In this document: piece by piece, positions 54,968-64,000 of the stretch
Position numbering within the stretch: position 1 is the stretch's first letter
Layout of the letters: every line of letters starts with the position of its first letter
Assembly (NCBI GenBank): GCA_963755915.1
Contig: CAVWLP010000002.1
Coordinates: 3,488,001 to 3,552,000, forward strand
From: an uncultured Phycisphaerales bacterium
GTDB taxonomy: Bacteria > Planctomycetota > Phycisphaerae > Tepidisphaerales > Tepidisphaeraceae
Reading direction: 5' to 3'
Length of the DNA stretch: 64,000 bases
The notes under the pieces: generated by a model
What the model saw: the letters and a program-made list of their open reading frames with translations, nothing else
Databases searched by the model: none
Told to the model about the DNA's origin: nothing
Position numbers and translations under genes: made by a program

Positions 54968-55327
54968 CTAATGAACTGAGGAAGCAGACATTGTTTCAAT
55001 GAACCGCGCGACAAACTTTCTTTCATCGCTAAGTGTTGCTCCCCTCACTTTCGCTCGCAGTTGATTTATTTCCCAAACGACCGATTGTTCAATCGGAGAA
55101 TCCAGTTTAAGCCGCAATGCAAGGATTTCCTTCTCCAACCATTCAAGACGCGCCGCCTCTTTATCTCGCCAATGTTTGCCAGCGAAAGCTCCCCTGGGAC
55201 GGAGCGCCCGTATAGCGGCTCTGGAAAACTGGCCGTCAAGGCAAGCCCGGAAGGCGGCGATGGCCGTGTCTCGGTATTCACCCTCCATTTGTTCAAGCCG
55301 TTTTAATAGCCGGTCGGCCTTGGCCAT
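54968..55327 (-). CDS. Hypothetical IS passenger protein
   Basis: 119-aa ORF between the last tail and the IR. Confidence 0.6.
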   Translation of the reverse strand: MAKADRLLKRLEQMEGEYRDTAIAAFRACLDGQFSRAAIRALRPRGAFAGKHWRDKEAARLEWLEKEILALRLKLDSPIEQSVVWEINQLRAKVRGATLSDERKFVARFIETMSASSVH

Positions 55328-55462
55328 GATATGCCCCTGTTGTCCACCACCGGCATTCTAACTGATTCTGTGATTATTTTTCAAACTGACCCACTACCCG
55401 AAATCGGGTATTGGTATATTCTGGAGCCATCGAAAAATAAATCTTTGCGGTAGAATCCCGGC

Positions 55463-55675
55463 ATGAAAAAGCCGAAGCGCTATGACGTTGCCCAAACCGC
55501 CAAACGGATCGTTGACCAGACCATAGCTGAGCATGAGAAGCCCCTCCCGCCCGGCATAGAGGCGGCATGGGAAGAGTGGTCGCGAGGCATAGGGAAAGTC
55601 GATGCGAGGGGCATGTTGCTGCTCAGGGCAGCGTTTGATGTGGGGGTGAAGGCGGCAACGCGAGAAAGCAAATAA
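55463..55675 (+). CDS. Small protein at the IS left end, resembling the N-terminus of the 62865 protein
   Basis: YDVAQTAKRIVDQTI versus RDPNQLAKMIVDMAT. Confidence 0.6.
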   Translation: MKKPKRYDVAQTAKRIVDQTIAEHEKPLPPGIEAAWEEWSRGIGKVDARGMLLLRAAFDVGVKAATRESK

Positions 55676-55681
55676 GCGGCA

Positions 55682-56811
55682 TTATTTTTCTGCGTGCCGA
55701 TATTTGTTTACTTCCGGTTCGATGGAATTCCAGGTAGCGATTATCTTGTTGAAGTGATTTGCCAATATGCCGTCTTTGTCTAGGGCGGCAAATGCTTTCA
55801 TCTTTCCATCTACACCGCCGTTCGTAATTTCCATCAGGGCATTTCTTCCGTGAACGATTGCGTATCCGATAACGTCCCTAATTGCTCGCGAGTGTGCCTC
55901 GCCGTCCGTGTACCGAGCAAATTGGCAGACAGTGTCGAAAGCCCGTGTCGCCCGACGTTCTGGTGGAGGGTGCGTGGAACCATCTAGGTCGTTCGGATCA
56001 ATCCCCTCAGCGAACATCCAAAACATGATGAGTACGGCAAAGGCCCAATCGAACACTATTAGGACAGTCGGGCTGACAATATGATCGCCCCTTTGGAGTA
56101 AAGGACGAACATTTTGTTCGTAATGTGTAGGATGCTGAAGGCCGCGCATAAAACTGGTGATGGCGGCATACCCGTCGGTGCTCGTTTCGATGCTTGCATC
56201 TTGAGGTTATCAGCGGCCTTCGATCCCTTCGCGTAAAGCTCCATGAGGAATGGTAGATTGTTTTTGGCCGCATATTCGGCGTGACCAAACGTGATGTGTG
56301 CCAGTTCATGGTAGACCAAAAATTCAACCGCGTGTTCCGCAAGCAATTCGGCGTAGCGTTTTCGACCGGGGTCTATGGGAGCCATTTCGGCCAATGATTC
56401 GCCCGTGCGCCGTCCGCTTAATAACAAGGTTTCATAGTTACTCCAAAGTCCGGGGAGGCTTCGCGCTGTCTCCACCGTAGCGTCACCTGTGGTGCCCATC
56501 GCTTTCGGATGTGCCATTATTCTGTAAAACGTGTCGTATAGCAGCGGCACGGTAGCAGTGAAAATGCCAATGATTCCCGTATGTGATGGGCGGTCGTATC
56601 CGGCATTGAGGTTGAAATCCGGGTTCTCAACATAGCCAAATTCGATCTGCGGCATTTGCGTATTACGGGCATTAATATGCCCCTGAATGAGCCTCTCTGC
56701 TTCCTTCAGGTTTAACGTGCGCAGGTCGTTCGCGGCTGTGTCGTGTGTGCTTGGATCGGGCTTTTGCAGTGGAGCAAACGCCTGATCGAAGATTTCTTTT
56801 GGGGTTGGCAT
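55682..56811 (-). CDS. Passenger HExxH metallopeptidase-like protein (frameshift near 56150)
   Basis: EFLVYHELAHITFGH; ..E..AD region. Confidence 0.6.
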
Positions 56812-56841
56812 TTCGCCACTTCGTTATTTACAAGGAGTCTA

Positions 56842-57135
56842 ATGACCACTGCTGAGTTTTCTGATTTGGAATTACGAATTGCCATTGCAAAATCGCTGCC
56901 GTTTGCTTGGAAGAATATTCACATGCAGGACGGCAACGTGGTTGGCTGGGTTCAGGGAGGAATCTCAGAGCGCCCGATCTCCATTCCGCACTGGACCCGC
57001 AGTTTGGCGGACGCGAGGTTTTTGGAAGAAATGATGCTGTCTCGCTTCCCAAAACAGTATTCATTGGGCCTCCATTCCTTGGGCGTTCGTGTTGGCGCGG
57101 CTTCCCGCGCCAAATTTGCGAAGCCGCACTTATGA
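56842..57135 (+). CDS. Hypothetical passenger protein
   Basis: RBS aaggag; IPHWTRSLADA motif. Confidence 0.5.
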   Translation: MTTAEFSDLELRIAIAKSLPFAWKNIHMQDGNVVGWVQGGISERPISIPHWTRSLADARFLEEMMLSRFPKQYSLGLHSLGVRVGAASRAKFAKPHL

Positions 57136-57339
57136 CTTTGCAGTCGTCCGCTTCCCCGGCTTAGCCTTTTTGTTCAGCTTGTCTTCAGCAAACCCCAACA
57201 GAAGCGGCCTAGCCCAAGTTGCAACGTCCGCCCCGTCCGCAGCAGCGGCCTCAGAAACAATTTTCTTCTGCTCCTCTGTAAGCGGAATCCGCAACTCTTC
57301 GCTTTTCCGCTCCGACGGGTCTTTGTGTGGTCTTGCCAT
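57130..57339 (-). CDS. Ribbon-helix-helix-like regulator divergent from the transposase
   Basis: MARPHK....LRIPLTEEQK..V.EAA...G.DVATWAR. Confidence 0.7.
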   Translation of the reverse strand: MARPHKDPSERKSEELRIPLTEEQKKIVSEAAAADGADVATWARPLLLGFAEDKLNKKAKPGKRTTAKS

Positions 57340-57422
57340 GCTGATTATTATAGCAATAAAAATCTGAGTCGTCAAGGATTTTCCTTTACTCATTGATTAC
57401 TATTGCTATAATAATCAGCATG
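57337..57422. promoter_or_regulatory. Symmetric divergent leaderless promoters (perfect 22-bp inverted repeat)
   Basis: catgctgattattatagcaata at 57337-57358 and tattgctataataatcagcatg at 57401-57422. Confidence 0.85.
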
Positions 57423-58169
57423 TACAAACTGACCACGAATGAGCGGGCGCAAATCCTTGCGGCTCTGGTTGAAGGCGTCAGCATCGCCTCTATCTGCCGC
57501 ATGTACGGCGTGAACAAAATCACTGTGCTCCGGCTACTGGCCGACGCCGGAACGCTCGCCGCTCAATATCACGATTTGACCGTTTGCGACATTAAATCGC
57601 GACGAATTCAATGTGACGAAATTTGGGCATTCGTGGGAGCGAAACAGCGCAATGTTCCCGAAGAAAGTCGCGGTCAATTTGGTCGTGGCGATTGTTGGAC
57701 TTGGGTTGGCATTGACGCGGACAGCAAGCTTGTCGTCTCCTATATGCTCGGCCTGCGTGACGGCGGATACGCCAAGGACTTCATGTGCGATCTGGCCAGC
57801 CGACTTGCCAACAAGGTTCAGTTGACCACCGATGGCCTCAGCGTCTATCTGGACGCGGTTGACGATGCCTTTGGCGGCGACATTGACTATGCCCAGCTTG
57901 TGAAGATTTACGGCCCCACAAAGGCCGATCCGGGCCGCTACAGCCCGCCGCAAGTCATCGGCGCTGTAAAAGAGACGGTATGTGGTTCACCACAACCGCG
58001 CCACGTTTCCACCAGCTATATCGAACGCCAGAACTTGACGGTTCGAATGGGCAATCGGCGCTTTACCCGTCTGACAAACGCGTATTCAAAAAAAGTCGAG
58101 AACCATGGCCACATGGTTGCGCTGCAATACTTCCATTACAACTTCTGCCGCATTCACATGACTATTGAA
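57420..58169 (+). pseudogene. IS1-family DDE transposase, 5' part (interrupted; the 3' part resumes at 62628)
   Basis: HTH, QCDEIW, WTWVGID, TTDG, STSYIERQN, RRFTRLTNAYSKK and YNFCRIHMTIE. Confidence 0.9.
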
Positions 58170-58638
58170 TGGCGATTTGCCATATGGAGCCGCGGCGACA
58201 TACGGATTCACTGTAACGGACTCGGCGGGCACTTGCAGAGGTAGTACCAACTCAACTTGCACTGGAAATAAAGCCACAGGTAATGGTAATGGCCAGATTG
58301 AAGGTAACTTTAATGGTGGAATCGATCTATCGCGCATTTCCAATATGGGAACGGCCAGCAACCTCTGGCACGCAGGTGGGAGAAAGGCGAGGGAGGCAGG
58401 TGCGGTCACAGATAGCAACCGCGTGCTGTGACTCAGTCGTCGTCAGCCATTCAGATGATAGGCGCCTGGGAGCGAAAAGAAATCAAAAACTCCCCGGGCG
58501 ACCGATGTTTCACTGGCGTGTCAGTACGGACGTTACTGCCATCGGATGATTCGGGCGTTGCTGAGGAAAGAAAGATTCGTTGTGTGGGCGATATGTGGAG
58601 TGCACTCCAGACACCGCGCACCTAAGCTTTGCATCCAT

Positions 58639-60867
58639 TCATCTTCTCCTCCGCCGCGCCAGCGCTCCGAGACCGGCCATTGCGAACAGTCCCAGGCAGG
58701 CCGGCTCGGGTACCGCGCCAATCATGGGCAAAGGCAAGCCGTTGGCGATGGCAAACGCGTCCAACGCCGTGATATCTGCCGTGGATACGCTTGTATCTGC
58801 ACTGCTGTCGCCCTGCCCGAAGTTGGTGGCGAGGGCGGAGAAGTCGGAGCCGTTCACGGATGAGCTGAAGAGGAAATTCCCCTGGTCCCAGTTGGTGACG
58901 CCTTTGCCGAAATTGGCGGCGAGGATGCTGAAATCGCTTCCGTTGACAGTGCCGTCGAGATTGGCGTCGCCGAGAAGCGTGTACTTCAATTCGATCTCAC
59001 CCGACGGCAGTCCGGAGACGATTTTGTCCGCGCCGTCGGCGAAGCCGACGCCGTAGTGGAGGCCGTTGGTGAGAGACTGGGCGTTGGAGGAGATGATGCC
59101 TGGGCCGTTCCAGTTTCCCCCGTTGTAGCCGCTCTTGATGTAGCCGGCGATTGAGGAGATTGGATCGCTTCCCGAGCCGTAATCGATGAATAGATGGGTG
59201 TTAGTCAGGTCCAGCGTCGCGCTGATGCTCAACGACGCAAGAGTCTGAACCGAGTGAATCTGCACTGTTCCCCCGGTAATTGCAACGGGGCCGGTTGGAT
59301 CAAGGGTAGCGCCCATATTAAAGACCGATGTTCCACCGGTGAAGTTCACCGCGCCCGCGCCGCCGAGCGTGCTGGTAGCGGTAAAGGTATGTCCGCCGGA
59401 CAAGTTTAATGCCGCTCCGCCGCTGACGGTGAAACCGCCCGATTGACTGCCTCCTCCTGTCAGTGAAAGTGTCCCGGTCTGGACGTTTACCTGGCCACTG
59501 TTGTTGAATTCCGTTTCCATGGTCGTCGTGCCGGTGCCGACCGATTTTGTGAAGGTGCCAGCATTATTGAATACGTCAGGGACAGTGGAGGTTGAGCCGC
59601 GTCCATCGTAAGTATTGTTCCCTTGTAGGTTGAAATTCGCGCCCGATAAATTGTTGAAGGTGGTGTTCTGGCCAGATTTATTATTGCCTTGCGCCTCAAT
59701 GTTGCCGCTGGTCCAATTGGCCGTAGCGGAATTATTGATTGTGGCCTCGGGGCTCAAAACCGGTGACCCGCTAAAGGAGATGCCGCCGTTGGCGGTGAGG
59801 GTCTGGGTGTTGGTGCCACTGCCGAAGGTTCCGCCGGTCCAGGTGAAAGTCCCACTGGTAGTGATTGTGTCCGAGCCGGCGAGGGTGCCACCGCTGAGCG
59901 CGAGGGCTACGAGGCTATCGGTTTGGCCCGTGTTGAAGTTAACCACCGCAGCGATGCCAATTGCAGTGTTCCCGGCGCTGTCGCCGGAGCCGGTGTTAAA
60001 GTTGTTGGTTCCACCAATGAACTGAACAGTACCGGACCCGCCAATGCTGCTGCCCGTAAAGCTAAAGGTTCCCTGCTCGTATAGCTCGAGAACTGCTCCG
60101 CCACTGATCGTAAAATCGCCCGTTGCGCTACCTCCTCCATCAAGGTACAACGTCCCATTTTGCACGTTCACCTGACCGGTATTGTTAAATTCGGAGGTGA
60201 TGATCGTCGTCCCGGTTTCGGGGGACTCGGTAAATGTTCCGGCATTGTTGAAAACGTCGGGATTTCCGGCGGTCGAACCGTTTCCGCCGTAGGTGCCATT
60301 GCCCGGTATTGTTACATTGAAGTTGGCGCCGGCTAGATTGTTGAAAATGGCGGCACCCTCGCCGCCGCTGTTGCCGGTGCTAATGCTGCCGCTCTTCCAA
60401 GTGCTTGTGCCGGAACTGTTGAGTGTTGCGCCGTCAAATAAGAATTCGTTCATGCCATTGAAGTTAACCCCGCCGACATTCACCGTAATTTGGTCGTTCA
60501 ACCCATCTCCAACCTCGCCACCAGACCAGTTAAAGACACCATTAACCGCCAACGTACCCGGCGTCGATGCACTCTCGGGCACAATGGCGCCGCCGGCCAT
60601 GCTAAGCCCATCAATGGTTGGATTTACGCCTAGCGTGATCGACGGAGCCCCATCGGGAATGGAGACCGTGTAGAGTGAGCCGGGTGGATTACTGTTGTCG
60701 GGATAATATGGATAACTGGACCAATCGTTGGCGTCAGACCAACTGCCCGAGATGCCGCTGATCCATTCTGCGGACTGGCCGCGTGCGGAATTTTGAAATC
60801 CGCTAACCAGCCCAAATCCAATAACCGCCAGTACCAGAGCGCACGTGCGATTGACGGGCTTAAACAT
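58639..60867 (-). CDS. Large beta-strand-repeat surface protein with dockerin-like domain and PEP-CTERM
   Basis: Signal peptide; repeated FNNAGTFT / FNN.GQVNVQ.GTL; LLGDANLDG; VPEPACLGL..RRRR. Confidence 0.88.
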   Translation of the reverse strand: MFKPVNRTCALVLAVIGFGLVSGFQNSARGQSAEWISGISGSWSDANDWSSYPYYPDNSNPPGSLYTVSIPDGAPSITLGVNPTIDGLSMAGGAIVPESASTPGTLAVNGVFNWSGGEVGDGLNDQITVNVGGVNFNGMNEFLFDGATLNSSGTSTWKSGSISTGNSGGEGAAIFNNLAGANFNVTIPGNGTYGGNGSTAGNPDVFNNAGTFTESPETGTTIITSEFNNTGQVNVQNGTLYLDGGGSATGDFTISGGAVLELYEQGTFSFTGSSIGGSGTVQFIGGTNNFNTGSGDSAGNTAIGIAAVVNFNTGQTDSLVALALSGGTLAGSDTITTSGTFTWTGGTFGSGTNTQTLTANGGISFSGSPVLSPEATINNSATANWTSGNIEAQGNNKSGQNTTFNNLSGANFNLQGNNTYDGRGSTSTVPDVFNNAGTFTKSVGTGTTTMETEFNNSGQVNVQTGTLSLTGGGSQSGGFTVSGGAALNLSGGHTFTATSTLGGAGAVNFTGGTSVFNMGATLDPTGPVAITGGTVQIHSVQTLASLSISATLDLTNTHLFIDYGSGSDPISSIAGYIKSGYNGGNWNGPGIISSNAQSLTNGLHYGVGFADGADKIVSGLPSGEIELKYTLLGDANLDGTVNGSDFSILAANFGKGVTNWDQGNFLFSSSVNGSDFSALATNFGQGDSSADTSVSTADITALDAFAIANGLPLPMIGAVPEPACLGLFAMAGLGALARRRRR

Positions 60868-60945
60868 CTCCCCTCCCTTTTTGAAGACGTGGTGGCTCCT
60901 TCGATTGCTAATGTTTTTCTATAAGGTCCGGAAAAACTCGCTTAT

Positions 60946-62627
60946 CCGGGATTTCCCATATGACACTCCGCCCACGAACGTCGCCGGCAATTTTGCGTAG
61001 CATACCCAAGTCAGGAGCGAGGATCAAGTGTTTTCTTGGCTCCCCACCGTCGCAATCCCGAAGATTTGTACGGCCTTCCCCTTCATTTTGTCACTTCCGG
61101 CAGGCTTTTCGATGCCCTGCGAACAGACTGCCACCGTTGCCCCAAACATTTCGCAAGCTTTTCACGCTGTCCGTTGTCATCCCGATGCCGCCATCGGCGA
61201 GTCGAAGTCGCCGGATTCTTGCCAGGATCAGCCGGAACAACTCGCGGGGAACCGCCACCTCCGCCATCTGGAACACCACCGACCGGGCGTGATGCACCAC
61301 TTTCGCCCCGATCTTGATCAGTTTCTCCCGCAGCGTGGTCAGCGACCAGTGCTTTACGCCAACGGGCAACGCCAATCGCCGCAGGAAGTTCCCCAGGTTG
61401 TAGGCCAGGGCGAACAGTTGCAGCCGCACCTGATTGTCGGCGAAGTCGTGGCAACTCAGCCGCGTCCAGTTCACCGCATTCTTGCCTTCCTTGATCCACT
61501 GCTCCGCCGTTCCGCGACCGTTGTAAAACCACACCACGCTGGCGGCTCCGCCGCCCAGGTTGGTGACGATGAAGCCGACGCGGGGAAACAATTCGCCCTG
61601 ATGCCACTCGACCTTGGCCACGACACGACGGGCCTTGTCCCAACTGGCGGCCTGATACATGAAGTCGTGATACCAGCACGATGGGCTTCTTCGGCGGGCG
61701 ACCCGACCGGGCGCTTCAGCAGGTGCTCGATTTCCCGCTCCAGCAGGCTGTTGGACTTCAGGCGGATCGCATAGCCGTAATCTTCGGCTTCCAGAAACAG
61801 ATACAACTCGGGAATGGCGAATGCCGCATCACCGCGAAAGAACTTCTTCACCGTCGTTGTTCGATAGCGGGCGACCACCGGCTCCAGCACCGATCGCCAG
61901 TCATCGGCACTATGGACATTGCCGTTGCGAAGCAGGGCGCGTTCCAGGTCTCCATCCTGATTGAAACAGAACAACGGATGGTAGCAGGTGCATTCAAAGT
62001 GGCCGTTGTACGCCGAGCCTTCCTGATGGCCGTGCGTCTCGCTCACCGAGCTATCCATATCGAGGATGATCCGGTCGCCGGGCTTGCGCTGCCGCAACCC
62101 GTCGATCCATTGCCCGGACAGGTCGGTCAGGACTTTCAGATTGCCTGGCTGCGTCAGCACGTCGGTCTCAAACCGGCCCATCTGGCTGGTGGAGGCGGCG
62201 GTGCGTTCCCTGGCTCTCCCGCCCACGACCTGCCGCATCGTCGGATCAACCGCCAATCGTTCGGCATCATTGGTATCCTCGTAACCGGCCAGGCGGCTGT
62301 AGATCGACTGACGCAAAAGCCCCACCAAAGTGTGCTGGATGTTCTTTCCGGTGCGCCAATCCTGGAGCAGCGTGCCGGCCATTGTCGTCAAGCCCAGCGC
62401 CTCATCCAGTTCCCGGTAGACCAGCAATCCCGCGTCGCTGGTCACTCTTCGAGCCGTGGAATTCGAGCTTCAAACTGCCGTCAAAACCCACCCGAAGAGC
62501 GTCCTTGCTGCTTTCACCCATTGGATTCTCCGGACTTCATGTCCTGAATGTCGAAAAAGAGCCTGATTTGTGCGGCCAAACGACAAACCACTATACGTGA
62601 AGTCCACTGCCATCTGGCAAATCCGGG
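60946..62627 (-). mobile_element. IS1380-family insertion sequence
   Basis: IRL cccggatttgccagatg (read on the minus strand from 62627) and IRR ccgggatttcccatatg at 60946. Confidence 0.88.
61091..62521 (-). CDS. IS1380-family transposase (frameshifted)
   Basis: [50 protein letters not shown] and LIKIGAKVV. Confidence 0.92.
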
Positions 62628-62776
62628 TTGAAACAACGCCAGCGGTAAAGGCAGGCATCGCCGACAAGGTTTGGACGATGGTTGATTTTGTGAAGATGCT
62701 GGAGCGTGAAGAGGGCTTGCTTGGCGGTCGGTTGACGAACTACAAGCCGAATGTTCCGAAAAAACGGGCATATTGA
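62628..62776 (+). pseudogene. IS1-family transposase, 3' part
   Basis: ETTPAVKAGIADKVWTMVDFVKML..., in frame with 57420-58169 once the insertion is removed. Confidence 0.88.
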
Positions 62777-62864
62777 GAATATACCAATACCCGAAATCGG
62801 GTAGTGGGTCAGTTTGATTCCTCGAAAGTTTGACGCCAAACGCAACTTGTGGCAAGGTTCATCC

Positions 62865-63101
62865 ATGCTTAAACGATCAAGAATGCCCCGCGATCCTAAC
62901 CAGCTTGCCAAGATGATCGTCGATATGGCCACGGGGAACGCCCCAGCCGAACCCGCTGGCCCGGCGAAGAATCCGGCGGCGGTCGCGCTGGGAAAGCTGG
63001 GGGGACCAAAGGGCGGCACTGCAAGGGCAAAGGCGCTATCGCCTAAGCGGCGGAAAGAGATTGCCAAAAAGGCGGCGGCGAAGCGGTGGGGAAAGGCTTA
63101 A
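62865..63101 (+). CDS. Small basic protein of the type found beside IS1/IS1595-like transposases (often labelled histone H1-like)
   Basis: PRDPNQLAK.IVD.ATG..KNPAAVALGKLGG.KGG.ARA..LS...RKEIAKKAA.KRW. Confidence 0.8.
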   Translation: MLKRSRMPRDPNQLAKMIVDMATGNAPAEPAGPAKNPAAVALGKLGGPKGGTARAKALSPKRRKEIAKKAAAKRWGKA

Positions 63102-64000
63102 TCGCGAACAATCCTCATTCGCACCCCATCACTGCTCCAAGCCGGGGCATCCGCATCTGCAAGCATCTGAGCAACATCTCGCTCTGTTACGAACAATAGG
63201 TCTGCCAAATCCTGACGAGAATACCCGGCTTCAATATGTTTGCGTAATAGATCACTAAAAACCCTGGGGGTCTCCCCCTCGATCGCCACCGGTTCGGTTT
63301 TCCGCCAACCCTTTCGCGACAATTGAACAAATATTGATTCGTAACGCCGGTCATCAATGGCACCGATCGCTTTTGCGCGAAATGCGATCGCCTGCATTGA
63401 CACCCGCCATTTCCGTTTCAAGGTTGCCAAATCCGCCAAGGCGATTCCCGGACGAACATCACGCCGAAAGTCCTTTTCGGGCATCAAAAAAGCCGACGCA
63501 AACGCGTTGGCTTCGCGCTCTGCATCCTCCGGCCTCCGATCCTTTCCAAAGTGCATTACTGTATGCCCCAATTCGTGCGCGAGACTGAATCGTGTTCTAT
63601 CTGCGGGCTTTGCTCCGTTTAAAAAGAACAGCTTGGGCAATTCGGGCACCCATCGACAAAGCGCATCAATTTCCTCAACTTCGAGATGGCGGTCGATAAC
63701 GATTCCACCATGCGCCTCTATCCGTTCAACTAAATTCGGCAACGGGCCAGGCGGTATGTTCATTGCCACGCGGGCCATCGCAGCGACTTTCTCGACATCA
63801 CCCGCTTGGTTTTCGGGATCAATTTCCGGAATTCTGTCCGGTGCGATTTCGGTTAATCGTAGAAGGCGATCAATCTGGATATCAACGATGCTGCATCGGG
63901 CATGCACCGCCTTCACATGAGAACGCTTCGCGCAGAGAGGGCCCGATGGTAGAAATCGGACATGCTGGCCAGCCTTCGCGGTCGATCAACGAAGAAGAGA
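63098..64000 (-). CDS. ImmA/IrrE family metallopeptidase (5' part outside the window or frameshifted)
   Basis: RFSLAHELGH, EREANAFASAFLMP and LKRKWRVSMQAI. Confidence 0.88.

Larger units (their letters stand above)
52927..55398 (+). mobile_element. Cassette array 2: variable genes separated by three near-identical 180-bp repeats and closed by an IS1 right IR
   Basis: Repeats at 53417-53596, 54125-54304 and 54783-54962; tail remnant at 52927-52963; IR tttcaaactgacccactacc at 55379-55398. Confidence 0.88.
58170..62627 (-). mobile_element. IS1380 transposition unit (IS plus captured 2.8-kb flank)
   Basis: 5-bp TTGAA duplication at 58165-58169 and 62628-62632; alternative right end tggcgatttgccatatgg. 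Confidence 0.88.
55407..62791 (+). mobile_element. IS1-family element with passenger genes (about 2.9 kb native, plus a 4.46-kb nested insertion)
   Basis: Perfect 16-bp terminal IRs GGTATTGGTATATTCT / AGAATATACCAATACC; 8-bp direct repeat CGAAATCG on both sides. Confidence 0.9.
62800..64000 (+). mobile_element. Left part of a third IS1-family element (continues beyond the window)
   Basis: Begins ggtagtgggtcagtttga immediately after CGAAATCG. Confidence 0.75.

Noticed and set aside
53383-54979. Small ORFs ending HNVALRFTHLNYRRIHQTLRVTPAMQAGLADHVWELEEL as functional proteins
   Set aside because: They are decayed transposase tails lacking the DDE core and conserved YNFC residues. They are treated as DNA elements, although a peptide role is not excluded.
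58170-58630. Short ORFs at the far end of the IS1380 unit
   Set aside because: Probably a truncated gene fragment captured with the flank; no supportable product.

Overview
This is GC-rich bacterial DNA, most likely Planctomycetota (Phycisphaerae/Tepidisphaerales-like). The clues are an H-X9-DG prepilin protein, a FlgI-like/HEAT protein next to smc, several PEP-CTERM proteins and many '[19 protein letters not shown]' membrane proteins. Many housekeeping genes carry single-base indels, probably long-read consensus errors. Bases 1-41.1 kb are mostly core and metabolic genes (smc, folK, dapL, lgt, glycoside hydrolases), plus a group II intron sitting precisely inside a REP-like hairpin. From 41.2 kb onward the window is an accretion island. 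It starts at a promoter plus tRNA 5' fragment and holds a 9.6-kb integrase/primase-helicase satellite-like element, ardC, and three IS1-family elements stacked end to end on the same 8-bp spacer. One IS1 transposase is split by an IS1380 one-ended transposition unit that captured a PEP-CTERM gene. The most unusual signal is two arrays (17.4-21.7 kb and 52.9-55.4 kb) of short, hypervariable, leaderless membrane-protein genes. Each gene is framed by an orphan IS1 transposase 3' tail upstream and by an IS1 inverted repeat or a near-identical 180-bp zinc-ribbon/IS-tail repeat downstream. This looks like an integron-like cassette system built from IS1 remnants.
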